Positions 9,294 to 21,931 are shown, counted from the first letter of the whole stretch. The stretch: 62,884 nt of DNA, filler included, from 6 parts of 6 records of this genome joined end to end with filler, not necessarily neighbours in it; one strand, 5' to 3'. Numbers and translations are program-made. Notes: a model not told the origin generated them from the letters alone.

Positions 9294-10815
9294 AGACTGA
9301 ATTATTCAGCTTGCCTTGAAGTGCGTTTAAAGCCTGTTCACGGTCATCAAAATGCACTTTTTGGGTTCCAAGGATCTGATAGTCCTCATGCCCCTTCCCG
9401 GCAATGAGGACAAGATCTTGAGCCCCAGCATCCTGAATCGCAGCAGCAATCGCTTCAGCGCGATCCAAGGTCACATTTAAGGCAGTACCGCTAGGAATCC
9501 CCTTCACAACATCATCCAAGATTTGCTGAGGGTCTTCCGTGCGTGGATTATCAGAGGTCACCACCACAGCATCAGCAATCTCCGCTGCAATCGCAGCCAT
9601 CTGCGGACGCTTGCCTCGATCTCTATCACCACCACAACCAAACACACAAATCAATTTGCCGCCCGCGAAGGGGCGACACGCCTTCAAGGCGCTGCTTAAG
9701 CCATCAGGAGTGTGGGCGTAATCCACCAACACCGTGGGCAGCTCATTTCCCTTTGCGTCCACAACAACCCGTTCCATCCGACCAGGAACGCCCCTGAACG
9801 TGCTGATGGCTTTGAGAAGCGACTCCAGAGGGAGACCTTGCTGAAGCAAGACCCCAACCGCCTGCAACAGGTTCATCACATTGAAGCGACCGAGCAATGG
9901 GGAGTGGAACGACCCCTCACCCAGAGGACTGGAAAGGCGCCCTTCAACCCCAGAAGAGCCCATCACCAGATCTGACATCGTCAGTTCTGCATCTGCTGAG
10001 CCCATAGACAACGAACTCCGCCAGCAGCGATCGCCCAAGCGCTCCGCAAGTTGTTGGCCCCAAGGATCATCCACATTGACCACAAATCGAGCGCCATCGT
10101 CAGCCACCAAAGGTGGTGAAAACAATCGCGCTTTGGCTTCGAAATAAGACGCCATCGTCTCGTGGTAGTCGAGATGGTCTTGGGTGAGATTGGTAAACAC
10201 AGCGCCGGAAAAACGGCATCCAGCCACCCGATGCTGATCAAGCGCGTGGGAGCTCACCTCCATGGCCGTTAACTCCGCGCCAGCGGCACACGCCTCAGCA
10301 AGCTGAGCCTGGAGCCGGTCTGCCACGGCTGTGGTGTGTGTTGCGGTCACGCTGTGGCCAGGCCAGCGATTCAGAAGCGTTCCAAACAGGGCGGACGGAC
10401 GTCCACAGGCCGAACTCAAATGTTCAATCAGATGGGTGGTGGTGGTTTTGCCGTTGGTGCCAGTCACCCCAATCAAACCGATGCGATCACTGGGGTGATT
10501 CCAAAACGCTGCTGCCAACTCTCCGGCCCAGCGCGCAACGGGATCGGGCACCACCAGCACAGCGTCACTCTGTTCAGGAGGCTGAGCTGCTGCTGCTGCT
10601 GCTGCTGAGCCAATCAGGACCGCTGCGGCCCCATCCGCAACAGCCTTAGGCCAGAAGCTCCCTCCATCAACACGCCCCCCGGGAAGACCGATGAACAAAC
10701 TTCCAGGGGCCACGCACCGTGAATCACAGGTGATCGATTCGATCACGGCATCAGCCAAGCCAAGAGGCACAGGCAAACCCACCGAATGCAGCAAGGCGTG
10801 GAGTGTCTGGGTCAT
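9286..10815 (-). CDS. murE: UDP-MurNAc-L-Ala-D-Glu--meso-diaminopimelate ligase
   Basis: GTNGKTT, MEVSSH, DYAHTPD, DAP-specific DNPR, GKGHE. ATG at 10815 (MTQTL) preferred. Confidence 0.97.
   Translation of the reverse strand: MTQTLHALLHSVGLPVPLGLADAVIESITCDSRCVAPGSLFIGLPGGRVDGGSFWPKAVADGAAAVLIGSAAAAAAAQPPEQSDAVLVVPDPVARWAGELAAAFWNHPSDRIGLIGVTGTNGKTTTTHLIEHLSSACGRPSALFGTLLNRWPGHSVTATHTTAVADRLQAQLAEACAAGAELTAMEVSSHALDQHRVAGCRFSGAVFTNLTQDHLDYHETMASYFEAKARLFSPPLVADDGARFVVNVDDPWGQQLAERLGDRCWRSSLSMGSADAELTMSDLVMGSSGVEGRLSSPLGEGSFHSPLLGRFNVMNLLQAVGVLLQQGLPLESLLKAISTFRGVPGRMERVVVDAKGNELPTVLVDYAHTPDGLSSALKACRPFAGGKLICVFGCGGDRDRGKRPQMAAIAAEIADAVVVTSDNPRTEDPQQILDDVVKGIPSGTALNVTLDRAEAIAAAIQDAGAQDLVLIAGKGHEDYQILGTQKVHFDDREQALNALQGKLNNSVSN
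10586..10606. repeat. (GCT)7 trinucleotide tract encoding poly-Ala in MurE
   Basis: Seven perfect GCT copies; protein reads SAAAAAAAQ. Confidence 0.9.
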
Positions 10816-10840
10816 CGCTGGGTCAACACAGATGGGTTTT

Positions 10841-11149
10841 CTAATCCGAACCTGGCTCTTTGGCGCAAACCCGCTGCAACCAATGGCGCAATCCATCCCC
10901 ACTCAGCCTGGGGGAAACGCGAGGAAGCTCTGTGTCCGCCAGGACCAAAACGGGCACTTCAAGGTCATAACGCGCTCGCAATGGTGCTGCACAGTCGGAG
11001 GAATCGATATCCACCACAACGAGTGTTAGAGGGTGGATGTCTTGCTCGAGGTGGAGGTCTCGCAAGCGCTGTTCCAGCCCTTCACAAAGACAACAACCTG
11101 TCCTGCTGTACAGCAACAATCGCCGAGAATCAGTCGGGGACAGGATCAC
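10841..11149 (-). CDS. Glutaredoxin-like protein (DUF836 type)
   Basis: [13 protein letters not shown] (CxxC) and RYDLEVPVL; start uncertain. Confidence 0.85.
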   Translation of the reverse strand: MILSPTDSRRLLLYSRTGCCLCEGLEQRLRDLHLEQDIHPLTLVVVDIDSSDCAAPLRARYDLEVPVLVLADTELPRVSPRLSGDGLRHWLQRVCAKEPGSD

Positions 11150-11396
11150 AGCCGCAGGGGGTGAAGGGATGGCAGCGCAGCAACCGACGCAGAGTTAACC
11201 AGCCGCCACGCCAAGGTCCATGGCGCTCAATTGCCTCGAGGCCGTAGGCACTGCAAGTAGGAATGAACCGACAGCGAGGGCCGATCATGGGGGAAATCCA
11301 ACGGCGATAAAAACTGATCAGCGCAAGCAACAACGCGCTGATCAGCCGATTAAAAGCATTTGTGCTGCCGGCAGATAAGATGTTTGATTCGTGCAT
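11130..11396 (-). CDS. yidD: Membrane protein insertion efficiency factor YidD
   Basis: [31 protein letters not shown]. Confidence 0.93.
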   Translation of the reverse strand: MHESNILSAGSTNAFNRLISALLLALISFYRRWISPMIGPRCRFIPTCSAYGLEAIERHGPWRGGWLTLRRLLRCHPFTPCGCDPVPD

Positions 11397-11475
11397 GCGA
11401 TTCCGCGGTGCGGGCCACAAACCCAGCATGACGGATTCTCGCTTGAACGCGAACCCATTTCATCTCTTCTTTCTT

Positions 11476-11514
11476 ATGTCCAGATACCGCGGCCCTCGCC
11501 TGAGGATCACGCGG
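11476..11514 (+). CDS. rpsD: 30S ribosomal protein S4, N-terminal fragment cut by the contig end
   Basis: MSRYRGPRLRITR is the cyanobacterial S4 N-terminus. Confidence 0.9.
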
Positions 11515-11614
11515 NNNNNNNNNNNNNNNNNNNNNNNNNNNNNNNNNNNNNNNNNNNNTTAATTAATTAANNNNNNNNNNNNNNNNNNNNNNNNNNNNNN
11601 NNNNNNNNNNNNNN
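11515..11614. other. Artificial contig linker
   Basis: N44-TTAATTAATTAA-N44; stops in all six frames. Confidence 0.99.
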
Positions 11615-12019
11615 GGATCGCGCGTGGTCAGGATTCCCCAAGCCTTAGCGAGCTCGGGAGCAGATGGTGCCATCGTTTCCACTGCCCACGACGCTCTGAC
11701 ATTCCTCCAGGCGTTCTGGCGCGGGGAGCTCTTCCAGGACAGCTGGATACCCCGCCTCAGCGCAACCACCGCCGCCAGCAGCGCATCGCCACGAATGGGG
11801 CTCGGCGTGATGGTGGCCCCGCCCCGCCTAGGAAAGCCGATGGTGCTGGGTCATTCTGGGGTCTCGGGTGCTGCCATAGCCCTCGACACCACCACGGGGA
11901 TGTCCGCCTTCCTCACGAATTTTCAGTGGTCTCCCTTGGCCTCTGGCTTCGACAACGTCGTGGGTCTTGTTCGAGCGATCAGCCAGCAACTCCCTGAGCC
12001 GAACCACTCGCGCAACTAG
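11615..12019 (+). CDS. Serine hydrolase/beta-lactamase-family protein, C-terminal fragment
   Basis: GADGAIVSTAHD and LGHSG motifs; 5' end lost at the linker. Confidence 0.75.
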   Translation, partial: GSRVVRIPQALASSGADGAIVSTAHDALTFLQAFWRGELFQDSWIPRLSATTAASSASPRMGLGVMVAPPRLGKPMVLGHSGVSGAAIALDTTTGMSAFLTNFQWSPLASGFDNVVGLVRAISQQLPEPNHSRN

Positions 12020-12023
12020 AGGT

Positions 12024-12626
12024 CTAGCCGAGAACCTTCGCAATCGCGTCCGAGATGTCCCCGGATGAGAAACCTTTGCGCTGCAGGTAGGCATACAACC
12101 TTCTCTTCGCCACGGCAGGGGCAAGCGACCCCATTTTCCGCAGTCGCTCCCGGGCGGCCTCTTCGGCGAGTCCACCCTCTTCATCGCTCTCGAGCTCCGC
12201 TAGAGCATGCTCGATGACCCCTTGGGGGAGCTTTCGGGAGCGAAGCTTCTGCTCCACTGCACGCTTCGCAAGACGCTCTCGAGTGCCATAGCGCTCGACT
12301 AAATCCCTCGCCAAAGCGTCATCATCGAGCAGGCCGACACGCTCAAGCTCTGCCATTTCAGACTCGATGGCCTCCTCGGGAAGCTCCCGCGCCCTCAATT
12401 TCTCGCGCATCTCCGCCACCGAATGGCTCTTGCCCGAGAGCGCGTGAAGCGAGACATTGTGGGCACGCTTGGTCACCTTCGGGGTGACCTCCACTAGCTC
12501 CTCCACCTCGAGCTCATGCACGATGGCCTCTGTCTCTGCAGTAGCGTCGGGGGCGTCATTGACCCGGTGAAGGGGAAACGGGATGATCTGAGCATCCCGC
12601 TCCCCTTCCGGCAAGAGCGCTGACAA
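12024..12626 (-). CDS. recX: Regulatory protein RecX
   Basis: Directly downstream of recA; HSVAEMREKL, GLLDDDALA, LQRKGF. Confidence 0.92.
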   Translation of the reverse strand: MSALLPEGERDAQIIPFPLHRVNDAPDATAETEAIVHELEVEELVEVTPKVTKRAHNVSLHALSGKSHSVAEMREKLRARELPEEAIESEMAELERVGLLDDDALARDLVERYGTRERLAKRAVEQKLRSRKLPQGVIEHALAELESDEEGGLAEEAARERLRKMGSLAPAVAKRRLYAYLQRKGFSSGDISDAIAKVLG

Positions 12627-12629
12627 GGC

Positions 12630-13742
12630 CTAGGCCCCTGCCGCTTTGCGCTCCGCAATTTTGTCTTCCAGGGACTCGACCGGGGCAGCCTCTGCGGGGG
12701 CTACGTCAGTAGGCGCTTCAGCCTCCAGCGGAGGTACTGCTGCGACTTTCCCCACTCCCAGAGCAGCGAGGATCTTGCGCTCGATGTCGTTGGCAACATC
12801 CGCGTGCTCGATCAGGTACTTACGGGCGTTCTCCTTGCCCTGACCCAGCTGGTCACCTTCGTAGGTGTACCACGCACCAGACTTCTTGACGATGTCGTGC
12901 TCGACACCGAAGTCGATGAGGCTTCCCTCGCGAGAGATTCCGGTGCCATAGAGGATGTCGAACTCGGCCTGCTTGAAGGGCGGCGCCATCTTGTTCTTGA
13001 CAACCTTGACGCGGGTGCGGTTTCCGACCGCATCGGTGCCTTCTTTGAGGGTCTCGATGCGGCGAATATCCAGACGCACCGAGGCGTAGAACTTGAGCGC
13101 TTTACCGCCGGAGGTCGTTTCGGGGCTACCGAAGAACACACCAATCTTTTCGCGCAGCTGGTTGATGAAAATCATCGTGGTGCCGGTCTGGTTGAGACCA
13201 CCGGTCAGCTTGCGAAGAGCCTGAGACATCAATCGGGCTTGGAGACCGACGTGGCTGTCTCCCATGTCACCCTCGATTTCTGCGCGAGGCACCAAGGCTG
13301 CGACCGAGTCGATAACGACGAGGTCTACGGATCCTGAGCGCACCAGCATGTCGGCAATCTCGAGCGCCTGCTCACCGGTGTCCGGTTGGGAGACCAGAAG
13401 CTGGTCGATGTCGACTCCGAGAGCCTTGGCGTACTCGGGGTCGAGAGCGTGCTCAGCGTCGACGAAGGCTGCGATTCCACCAGCAGCCTGCACGTTGGCA
13501 ATGGCGTGGAGAGTCAAAGTCGTCTTTCCGGAGGACTCAGGACCATAGATCTCGATGATGCGACCTCGAGGCAATCCTCCGATACCGAGTGCGACATCCA
13601 AGGCGATAGATCCGGTGGGAATCACCGGAACGGGGGGACGTTCATCCGATCCCAGCCGCATGACTGAGCCTTTTCCGAACTGTCGGTCAATTTGCGCGAG
13701 CGCCGCTTCTAGGGCTTTTTCGCGGTCTGCAGATGTTGTCAT
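12630..13742 (-). CDS. recA: Recombinase RecA
   Basis: [21 protein letters not shown] 13742 preceded by GAAAGAGG. Confidence 0.99.
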   Translation of the reverse strand: MTTSADREKALEAALAQIDRQFGKGSVMRLGSDERPPVPVIPTGSIALDVALGIGGLPRGRIIEIYGPESSGKTTLTLHAIANVQAAGGIAAFVDAEHALDPEYAKALGVDIDQLLVSQPDTGEQALEIADMLVRSGSVDLVVIDSVAALVPRAEIEGDMGDSHVGLQARLMSQALRKLTGGLNQTGTTMIFINQLREKIGVFFGSPETTSGGKALKFYASVRLDIRRIETLKEGTDAVGNRTRVKVVKNKMAPPFKQAEFDILYGTGISREGSLIDFGVEHDIVKKSGAWYTYEGDQLGQGKENARKYLIEHADVANDIERKILAALGVGKVAAVPPLEAEAPTDVAPAEAAPVESLEDKIAERKAAGA

Positions 13743-13853
13743 GGCTCTGTCCTCTTTCACTGGGTATTCGGCTGCCTATCGACTGTCGTCCTCCACCACG
13801 CCCCGTAAGGCCTGGGGTCTCTCGACAAGGCTGGATGCGGTGAAGTGAGCCCT

Positions 13854-13875
13854 AACCTAGGTGTGACCTCAGACA
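13854..13875 (-). promoter_or_regulatory. RecA-NDp (PafBC-type) promoter of recA
   Basis: Minus strand TGTCTG-N10-TAGGTT versus the actinobacterial consensus TGTCGG-N10-TA-N3-T. Confidence 0.7.
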
Positions 13876-13947
13876 CGAAACCGTGGCTAAGACAACACTG
13901 TGGAATGTGGCCCCCTTCTGCATCTCTGTGGACGAGAATAGACCCAT

Positions 13948-13963
13948 TCGAACGAATATTCGA
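13948..13963. promoter_or_regulatory. LexA SOS box upstream of recA
   Basis: TCGAAC-GAAT-ATTCGA; one mismatch to the actinobacterial TCGAAC-N4-GTTCGA. Confidence 0.85.
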
Positions 13964-13968
13964 ATGAT

Positions 13969-14205
13969 TTAGGCGGGCGTGTCGGCTTTCGGTTGCGGAA
14001 GTCCAGCACCGTGCCACCGGTTCTCGGGAACCTGCATGGCAGCACACAGCTCAAACCAGACCTTTTTGGGTGTCTCTCCGGCCTCTAACGCTTCGCGAGC
14101 ACTCTGATGCCCCAGGGCATCAATCACCAGATCGCGCACCAGAGCACGTCCTTGGCTCTCGCCGAACTCGTCGGTGACCGCGAGGTAAAACTCGCTGAGG
14201 GTCAC
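13969..14205 (-). CDS. DUF3046 family protein
   Basis: MTLSEFY...EFG...EALEAG...KKVWFELC; conserved position upstream of recA in Actinobacteria. Confidence 0.88.
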   Translation of the reverse strand: MTLSEFYLAVTDEFGESQGRALVRDLVIDALGHQSAREALEAGETPKKVWFELCAAMQVPENRWHGAGLPQPKADTPA

Positions 14206-14214
14206 GAAGGAGAC

Positions 14215-14532
14215 CTAGCGAACCGCCATGTCGGAATCAAACTCTGCGACGAGCTCATCCGGCAGGGTGTCGGGAACGCTCGAGGAGGGCACAATCTGCT
14301 CAAACACTGAGAGACGGTCGGCGACCTCGTGAAGGATCTCCGAGAGAGTCATATCGAGAGCCTCTGCAATCGAGGCCAAGATTTCACTTGATGCCTCTTT
14401 CTGACCGCGCTCGACCTCGCTGAGATAGCCCAAGGCCACGTTCGCACGCGACGCAATGTGGCGCAGGGTTGCACCCTTCTGTTGGCGGAAGTCGCGAAGG
14501 ACATCGCCGATTTCGTGTCGCATCAGCACCAT
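14215..14532 (-). CDS. clgR: XRE-family HTH regulator, ClgR-like
   Basis: IGDVLR...TLR...LGYLSEVERGQKEASSE; position after cinA. Confidence 0.75.
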   Translation of the reverse strand: MVLMRHEIGDVLRDFRQQKGATLRHIASRANVALGYLSEVERGQKEASSEILASIAEALDMTLSEILHEVADRLSVFEQIVPSSSVPDTLPDELVAEFDSDMAVR

Positions 14533-14640
14533 GGTGCACCTCCCTCAATTTCTATCTGTGGACAGCTTATAGATGTCGACCCTGGGTAACACCCCAAAAA
14601 ACCTGTGGTCTTGCTGAATGTAACCAGAGGCTCGACGAAA

Positions 14641-15126
14641 TTATTCCCGAGTCGAGAGACCATCCAGAAGAGCTTGGAGAGCTGCCCTCGTGGCGCGCTG
14701 CCGAATCTCGTCACGGTCGCCCTCAAGAGACATCTCCCTCACCAGCGTGCCAAGACCTCCTCCTGCCACCGCAATAAAGACTGCCCCCGGGGCCTCCCCT
14801 GACACCGGATCGGGGTCAGGGCCCGCCACTCCCGTGGTGGCCACGGCAACATCGACTCCCAGGCGCGCGAGAGCTCCCTCTGCCATAGCACTGGCAACCT
14901 CAGCGGTCACCGCACCGGTGGACGCGAGCGTTGAGGCATCAACACCGAGCAAATCGTTCTTGAGCATGGAGTCATAGGCAACGATGGAGCCCCGAAACAC
15001 AGCCGAAGCGCCCGGTATGGACACTATGTCGGCAGCCACCAGGCCCCCGGTCAACGACTCCGCGCAACCGACGGTCAACCCAAGCTTCGTTGCGGTGGCA
15101 ATAACCGCCGCAGCCTCCTCGCTCAC
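14641..15126 (-). CDS. cinA: CinA C-terminal domain protein (NMN deamidase PncC-like)
   Basis: AESLTGGL, GASAVF, TTGVAGP; GTG start overlapping the pgsA stop (GTGA). Confidence 0.9.
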   Translation of the reverse strand: MSEEAAAVIATATKLGLTVGCAESLTGGLVAADIVSIPGASAVFRGSIVAYDSMLKNDLLGVDASTLASTGAVTAEVASAMAEGALARLGVDVAVATTGVAGPDPDPVSGEAPGAVFIAVAGGGLGTLVREMSLEGDRDEIRQRATRAALQALLDGLSTRE

Positions 15127-15758
15127 GATGACGCCGTCGGGGCTCGGACACCCTTGATGATGTAGTCCACACCTGTCGCAACCGTCACCAGAATGACCCC
15201 ACCCATCAGGACCCAGTTGAGGGTGAACACCCACTCCCCCAGGAGAACCCAGGAGGGAACGAGCCACGAGGACAGCGTGATGGCCTGCAAGACCGTCTTC
15301 AGCTTTCCACCCCGGGACGCGGGAATGACCCGGTTAGAGAGAACTGCCAAGCGAAAGAGGGTGATCCCGATTTCCCGGGCCAGGATCACCACCACGACCC
15401 ACCAGGGCAACTCCGCCACCAGTGCGAGCGCGATGAGGGCTCCACCGATCAGAATCTTGTCCGCAATCGGGTCCAAGATAATTCCGGAATTGGTCACCAA
15501 GTTTCTTCTGCGAGCGAGGGCGCCATCAAGACCGTCGGTGGCAATGGCTGCAATGAACAGGCCCGCGGCAACAACCCGCCAGAGACCATGCTCTCCTCCA
15601 TCCAGCAAGACAAGCCAGACGAAGAGTGGAGCGAGAAGAATCCGCACCACCGTGATGATGTTGGCGATATTGCCGTTGGAGACTTGAGAATCCCCCGACG
15701 CGAGGACTCGACCGCGGAATCCACTGGGTGGGGTCTGTGGTTCTTGACGCTCCCCCAC
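15123..15758 (-). CDS. pgsA: CDP-diacylglycerol--glycerol-3-phosphate 3-phosphatidyltransferase
   Basis: TDGLDGALAR...GIILDPIADK signature. Confidence 0.95.
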   Translation of the reverse strand: MGERQEPQTPPSGFRGRVLASGDSQVSNGNIANIITVVRILLAPLFVWLVLLDGGEHGLWRVVAAGLFIAAIATDGLDGALARRRNLVTNSGIILDPIADKILIGGALIALALVAELPWWVVVVILAREIGITLFRLAVLSNRVIPASRGGKLKTVLQAITLSSWLVPSWVLLGEWVFTLNWVLMGGVILVTVATGVDYIIKGVRAPTASS

Positions 15759-15760
15759 AA

Positions 15761-18499
15761 TTACTCCCTACCGGTCAGTCTCCACGCGTCCTCATCAGAG
15801 TCGCCCTCGTCCTCAGGATACCCCTGAGTCATCTGGTCGATGGGGTCCTCGGAGGAATGAACGGAATGATCGACGGCTGGCTTCGGAGCGGGCTGATCTT
15901 GCCTGGGCAACTCCATGGTCATCTGGTCCTCTGGCGCAATCTCAGGCGCCAATGGAGCGCTTGCAGCCGGTGCTGGGCTCTCTCCTCGCAGGCCAGCGAG
16001 CACTCCCGGCAGTTGCTCGGCAGTGACAAGGACCTCGCGAGCCTTGGACCCCTCCGAGGGACCAACGATCTGGCGAGACTCCAGGAGATCCATCAAGCGG
16101 CCAGCCTTGGCAAAGCCCACGCGCAGTTTGCGCTGCAACATCGAGGTCGACCCAAACTGGGTGGACACGACGAGCTCCGCTGCCTGCAACAACACATCGA
16201 GGTCATCTCCGATGTCCGAGTCGATGACTTTTCCGCCCGCGGCGGCATCGGCAACATCGTTGCGATACTCGGGGTCAGCTTGCTTCTTGACGTGGGCAAC
16301 AACCTTGGCGATTTCCGCCTCGGACACCCACGCTCCCTGGACACGGTTAGCTTTCGCTGCGCCCTGAGGGAGGAAGAGGGCATCACCCTGCCCAATGAGC
16401 TTGTCGGCCCCCGGCTGATCCAGGATGACTCGGGAATCGGTCATGCTCGAGACCGCAAAGGCCAGGCGGGACGGAATATTGGCTTTGATCAGACCGGTCA
16501 CCACGTCCACACTGGGGCGCTGAGTTGCCACCACCAGGTGGATGCCCGAGGCCCTCGCCAACTGGGTGATGCGAACAATCGAATCTTCGACGTCGCGCGG
16601 GGCGACCATCATCAAGTCAGCGAGCTCATCGACCACGACGAGGAGATAGGGATAGGGGCGAAGCACTCGCTCGCTCCCGATCGGGAGCTCAACCTCGTCC
16701 GCGAGAACAGCACGGTTGAAGTCATCGACGTGCTTGAAACCGAAACTTTCGAGGTCGTCATAGCGCATGTCCATCTCTTTGACGACCCACTGCAGAGCGT
16801 CAGCGGCGCGCTTGGGGTTGGTGATGATGGGGGTAATCAGGTGGGGAACACCTTGGTAGGCGGCGAGCTCCACGCGCTTGGGGTCCACCAACACCATCCG
16901 CACCTCCGCAGGCGTTGCCCGCATCAGGACTGACGTGATCATGGAGTTGATGAAACTCGACTTACCGCTTCCGGTAGCACCAGCCACCAAGAGGTGGGGC
17001 ATTTTGGCGAGGTTTGCGGCAACAAATCCGCCCTCCACGTCTTTACCGACACCAATCACCATCGGGTGGATTTCTGAGGTGGCGACGGCAGAGGAGAGCA
17101 CATCCCCCAAGCTCACAATCTCGCGGTCCGAGTTGGGGATCTCGACACCAATCAGCGACTTACCGGGAATCGGCGAAAGGATATTGACCTCGTTAGAGGC
17201 CACTGCATAGGCGATGTTTTTCGCCAGCGCGGTCACGCGCTCCACCTTGGTTCCTTGACCGAGCTCCACTTCGTACCGGGTGACGGAGGGCCCGCGGGTG
17301 AAGTCCACAACTTTCGCGTTGACCTCAAATTGCTCAAAAACACTGGTGATGGCAGCGACCACCTGGTCGTTCGCTTCACTGCGCGACTTCGGTGGCGTGC
17401 CAGGGACCAAGAGTGAGGGGCTTGGCAAGGTGTAGGGCCGATTCGAAGGAATCGCCACAGGAGCGCTCGCAGGTTCGTCGACGACGGGTGCCGTAGTCGC
17501 GGGAGCCTCTGGCTCCTGCGGCTTTGTCGCATTCGCCAGTGCTTCCTCAGCTTTGCGCAATTGCTCCAGCAGATCTTCTTGGGTGGCAATCTCGCCGGTG
17601 TCCTCGTCGACCACACTCACCAAGGGCGAATCAAAAGCGTCTTTCTTGTCTTTCTTGCCACGACGCCACCAGGGCATGGAGTCGGGGTTGGACATATCGA
17701 GGCCTAGATCGCTCAGCGTCCCAAATTCGACTCCCGGAGTTGCCTCATCCTTCGCCTTCTGACGCGACAGCTCACTCGGGTCAACACCAAACAGGTAGGC
17801 GTAGGCATCCTGTGCCCGCTCCACCACACGATTCGGTGGTGTCTTGGTCATAATCAACACCGACGTCACCAGGAAAATCACCATCAACGGCCACGCCAGA
17901 TAGACAGTGGACGCCGCGAGGAAGACAAAAGGCTCGGCGACAACCCAGCCGAGTAGCCCGCCAGCTGATGCCAACTCCGCAAAGCTTGCCTCACCAGGGG
18001 CTGGGCGACCGAGAGCCAAGTGGCTCATGCCGCTGACGGAGGTCAACAGAAGAGCAAGCCCCACCCCGACCCGGCCATTGTTGTACACACTGGAGGGGTG
18101 CCGGAAGAGCCAGCCCGCAAACACAATCAGGATCACCGGCAGCGCAAACGCTAAACGCCCAAAGAAGCCCCCCACGGTGTAGGCATCGAGTGTTTGAGCC
18201 CACGCTTGGTTGACGTTGAACCACGCCACGATGATTCCCACCACCGCGAAAAGCAGAATCGCGAAGGGAACGCCGTCCCGACGATCTTCTTTGGGGAGGT
18301 CTTCCTGCCCCAGCAGACGAAAGAGGCTTCCCGCCCAGCCCGCAACCATCAGCCACCCGGTCACGAGAGGACTGGGTCCCCCGGTTGCCTTCGGAGTGAC
18401 GACCTCGTTTTTGGGGACACGTTTGGATGCGCTCGCCGCTGCGGGGCGCTGAGATGCTGGCGTGCGTTTCGCACCAGACGAGGAAGCTGCTCTGGCCAT
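15761..18499 (-). CDS. ftsK: DNA translocase FtsK
   Basis: N-terminal TM domain, [18 protein letters not shown], gamma domain [12 protein letters not shown]. Confidence 0.98.
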   Translation of the reverse strand: MARAASSSGAKRTPASQRPAAASASKRVPKNEVVTPKATGGPSPLVTGWLMVAGWAGSLFRLLGQEDLPKEDRRDGVPFAILLFAVVGIIVAWFNVNQAWAQTLDAYTVGGFFGRLAFALPVILIVFAGWLFRHPSSVYNNGRVGVGLALLLTSVSGMSHLALGRPAPGEASFAELASAGGLLGWVVAEPFVFLAASTVYLAWPLMVIFLVTSVLIMTKTPPNRVVERAQDAYAYLFGVDPSELSRQKAKDEATPGVEFGTLSDLGLDMSNPDSMPWWRRGKKDKKDAFDSPLVSVVDEDTGEIATQEDLLEQLRKAEEALANATKPQEPEAPATTAPVVDEPASAPVAIPSNRPYTLPSPSLLVPGTPPKSRSEANDQVVAAITSVFEQFEVNAKVVDFTRGPSVTRYEVELGQGTKVERVTALAKNIAYAVASNEVNILSPIPGKSLIGVEIPNSDREIVSLGDVLSSAVATSEIHPMVIGVGKDVEGGFVAANLAKMPHLLVAGATGSGKSSFINSMITSVLMRATPAEVRMVLVDPKRVELAAYQGVPHLITPIITNPKRAADALQWVVKEMDMRYDDLESFGFKHVDDFNRAVLADEVELPIGSERVLRPYPYLLVVVDELADLMMVAPRDVEDSIVRITQLARASGIHLVVATQRPSVDVVTGLIKANIPSRLAFAVSSMTDSRVILDQPGADKLIGQGDALFLPQGAAKANRVQGAWVSEAEIAKVVAHVKKQADPEYRNDVADAAAGGKVIDSDIGDDLDVLLQAAELVVSTQFGSTSMLQRKLRVGFAKAGRLMDLLESRQIVGPSEGSKAREVLVTAEQLPGVLAGLRGESPAPAASAPLAPEIAPEDQMTMELPRQDQPAPKPAVDHSVHSSEDPIDQMTQGYPEDEGDSDEDAWRLTGRE

Positions 18500-18609
18500 A
18501 GCGCCACGCTACCCGCCTACTTGGCGGGAGAAGCGGAACGAAACACACCCACCAACTGTCCACAAACCGACAAGGCGATGACTTATCCACCAATTTCCCT
18601 AGACAGGCG

Positions 18610-18628
18610 TGGTATCACGTTGATACCA
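18610..18628. promoter_or_regulatory. Inverted-repeat operator overlapping the TA promoter
   Basis: TGGTATCA-CGT-TGATACCA, between TAGACA (18600) and overlapping TACCAT (18624). Confidence 0.8.
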
Positions 18629-18635
18629 TTACGCT

Positions 18636-18842
18636 ATGGCCATGACACTTCGACTCTCACCCAAAATCGATGCCCAGCTGGGCGAGCTCGCCAAGCGCTC
18701 GGGCATGTCCAAACAGAAAATCATCTCGATAGCGATCGAGGCGCACCTCGAGCGCACCGGACAGAGCGAACAAGCGCAACGCGTGTTCGACAAGGTCCTC
18801 ACCCGCGACAAGGAGCTTCTGGAACGCTTGGCGAACGCGTGA
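18636..18842 (+). CDS. Ribbon-helix-helix (CopG-like) antitoxin
   Basis: MAMTLRL...LAKRSGMSK...ELLERLA; stop overlaps the toxin start. Confidence 0.88.
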   Translation: MAMTLRLSPKIDAQLGELAKRSGMSKQKIISIAIEAHLERTGQSEQAQRVFDKVLTRDKELLERLANA

Positions 18843-19219
18843 GCGTCCCCCTAGATCCGGAAGTTTTTATTCAGCAGCTGAACCGCGTGGGCTTTGTTGT
18901 GCGAGACACAGGGCTGTTGCTGTCGGCTCTGGGGCGACCCCACACGACACTGTTCGGGAACGACGCCTATCCCACCCTGTCTCTACAGACCGCGGCGCTG
19001 ATGGATTCCATCGTCAACAATCACCCGATGGTGGACGGAAATAAGAGGTCATCCTGGTTCGCAGCCAACGTGTTCGTGGAGCTCAACGGCTTCGAGTTTG
19101 TTGTGACGCAGGACGACGCTTTTGACTTTATCCTCGGCGTAGCCACGGGAGACAATGACCTCGAGGCGCTCGGCCTCTGGATTGAGGAACACCTCCAACC
19201 AATCCCTTCCGACGATTAA
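18839..19219 (+). CDS. Doc/Fic-family type II toxin
   Basis: VRDTGLLLSALGRP and Fic motif HPMVDGNKR; GTG start in a GTGA overlap. Confidence 0.9.
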   Translation: MSVPLDPEVFIQQLNRVGFVVRDTGLLLSALGRPHTTLFGNDAYPTLSLQTAALMDSIVNNHPMVDGNKRSSWFAANVFVELNGFEFVVTQDDAFDFILGVATGDNDLEALGLWIEEHLQPIPSDD

Positions 19220-19266
19220 CCTCCGGCATTCGTCTCTAAGCTGAAAGGGCGACGAGGGGAGCCACC

Positions 19267-20070
19267 ATGGATGTCAACGGAAAAGTTTTTGTCGTTACCG
19301 GAGCAGGAAACGGAATCGGGCGAGAGGTCGCGCTCTCGCTACTGGGCCAGGGAGCATCTGTCGCGGGCCTCGACATCAAGGGCGACTGGCTCGAGGAGAC
19401 CGCGGGGCTCGCTGGCACTCATGCCTCACGTTTTGCACCGTTTGTGGTGGATATCACCAACCGCAAGGCCGTGCTTGGTCTGCCCCGGAAAGTGGAGAAG
19501 GCCCTCGGCCCAGTCGATGGCATCCTCAATGTGGCTGGCATCATCCAGCCTTTCGTGCGCATCAACGATCTCGACTTCGAGGCCATCGACCGGGTTATTA
19601 ACGTGAACCTGCACGGCCCTCTCAACCTGATCAAAGCGTTCCTCCCGGGTCTCCTCACCCGCCCGGAGGCAAAGATCGTGAACGTTTCCTCGATGGGCTC
19701 CTATGCTCCTGTTCCCGGCCAGACCCTTTACGGGGCTACCAAGGCGGGTATCAACCTCTTGACCGAAGGTCTTCGTTCCGAACTAAACGGCACTGCAGTC
19801 AGCGTGTGCGTGGTCTACCCGGGAGCGATCGGCACCAACATCGCCGGAAACTCGGGCCTCGACATGTCTGGCGCCGACACTGAGGGCACCCGCAAGGTCG
19901 TTGCTCCGAAAGACGCAGGTGACGCTATCGTCCGGGCAATCACAGAGGATAAGAAACGCATCCTGATTGGCGATGACGCCACATTCATGTGGCGGGCGAA
20001 TCGCCTCTCCCCTGACCTCGCCTCGAACCTGATTTACAAAGGAATGAAAGACCTCCTACCGCCGGCGTAG
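19267..20070 (+). CDS. Short-chain dehydrogenase/reductase
   Basis: TGAGNGIG, NVAG, YGATK. Confidence 0.93.
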   Translation: MDVNGKVFVVTGAGNGIGREVALSLLGQGASVAGLDIKGDWLEETAGLAGTHASRFAPFVVDITNRKAVLGLPRKVEKALGPVDGILNVAGIIQPFVRINDLDFEAIDRVINVNLHGPLNLIKAFLPGLLTRPEAKIVNVSSMGSYAPVPGQTLYGATKAGINLLTEGLRSELNGTAVSVCVVYPGAIGTNIAGNSGLDMSGADTEGTRKVVAPKDAGDAIVRAITEDKKRILIGDDATFMWRANRLSPDLASNLIYKGMKDLLPPA

Positions 20071-20120
20071 TCCTTCTCGCACCGGAATAACCCCAGGTGC
20101 TGGCAGGTTAGGCTCAAGCA

Positions 20121-21929
<1,809 letters not shown>

Positions 21930-21931
21930 TG

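Noticed and set aside
11362-11769. ORFs running into X tracts or ending in LIN
   Set aside because: Artefacts of translating the linkers. The same applies at the other four linkers, apart from the truncated genes listed as features.
15728-16933. 401-aa + strand ORF and similar long antisense ORFs
   Set aside because: Shadows of well-supported genes (ftsK, recA, kgd, ldt) in high-GC DNA; no recognisable motifs.
18194-18838. N-terminal extension making the Doc ORF 341 aa
   Set aside because: Overlaps ftsK and the antitoxin; the coupled GTG at 18839 gives a normal-size Doc.
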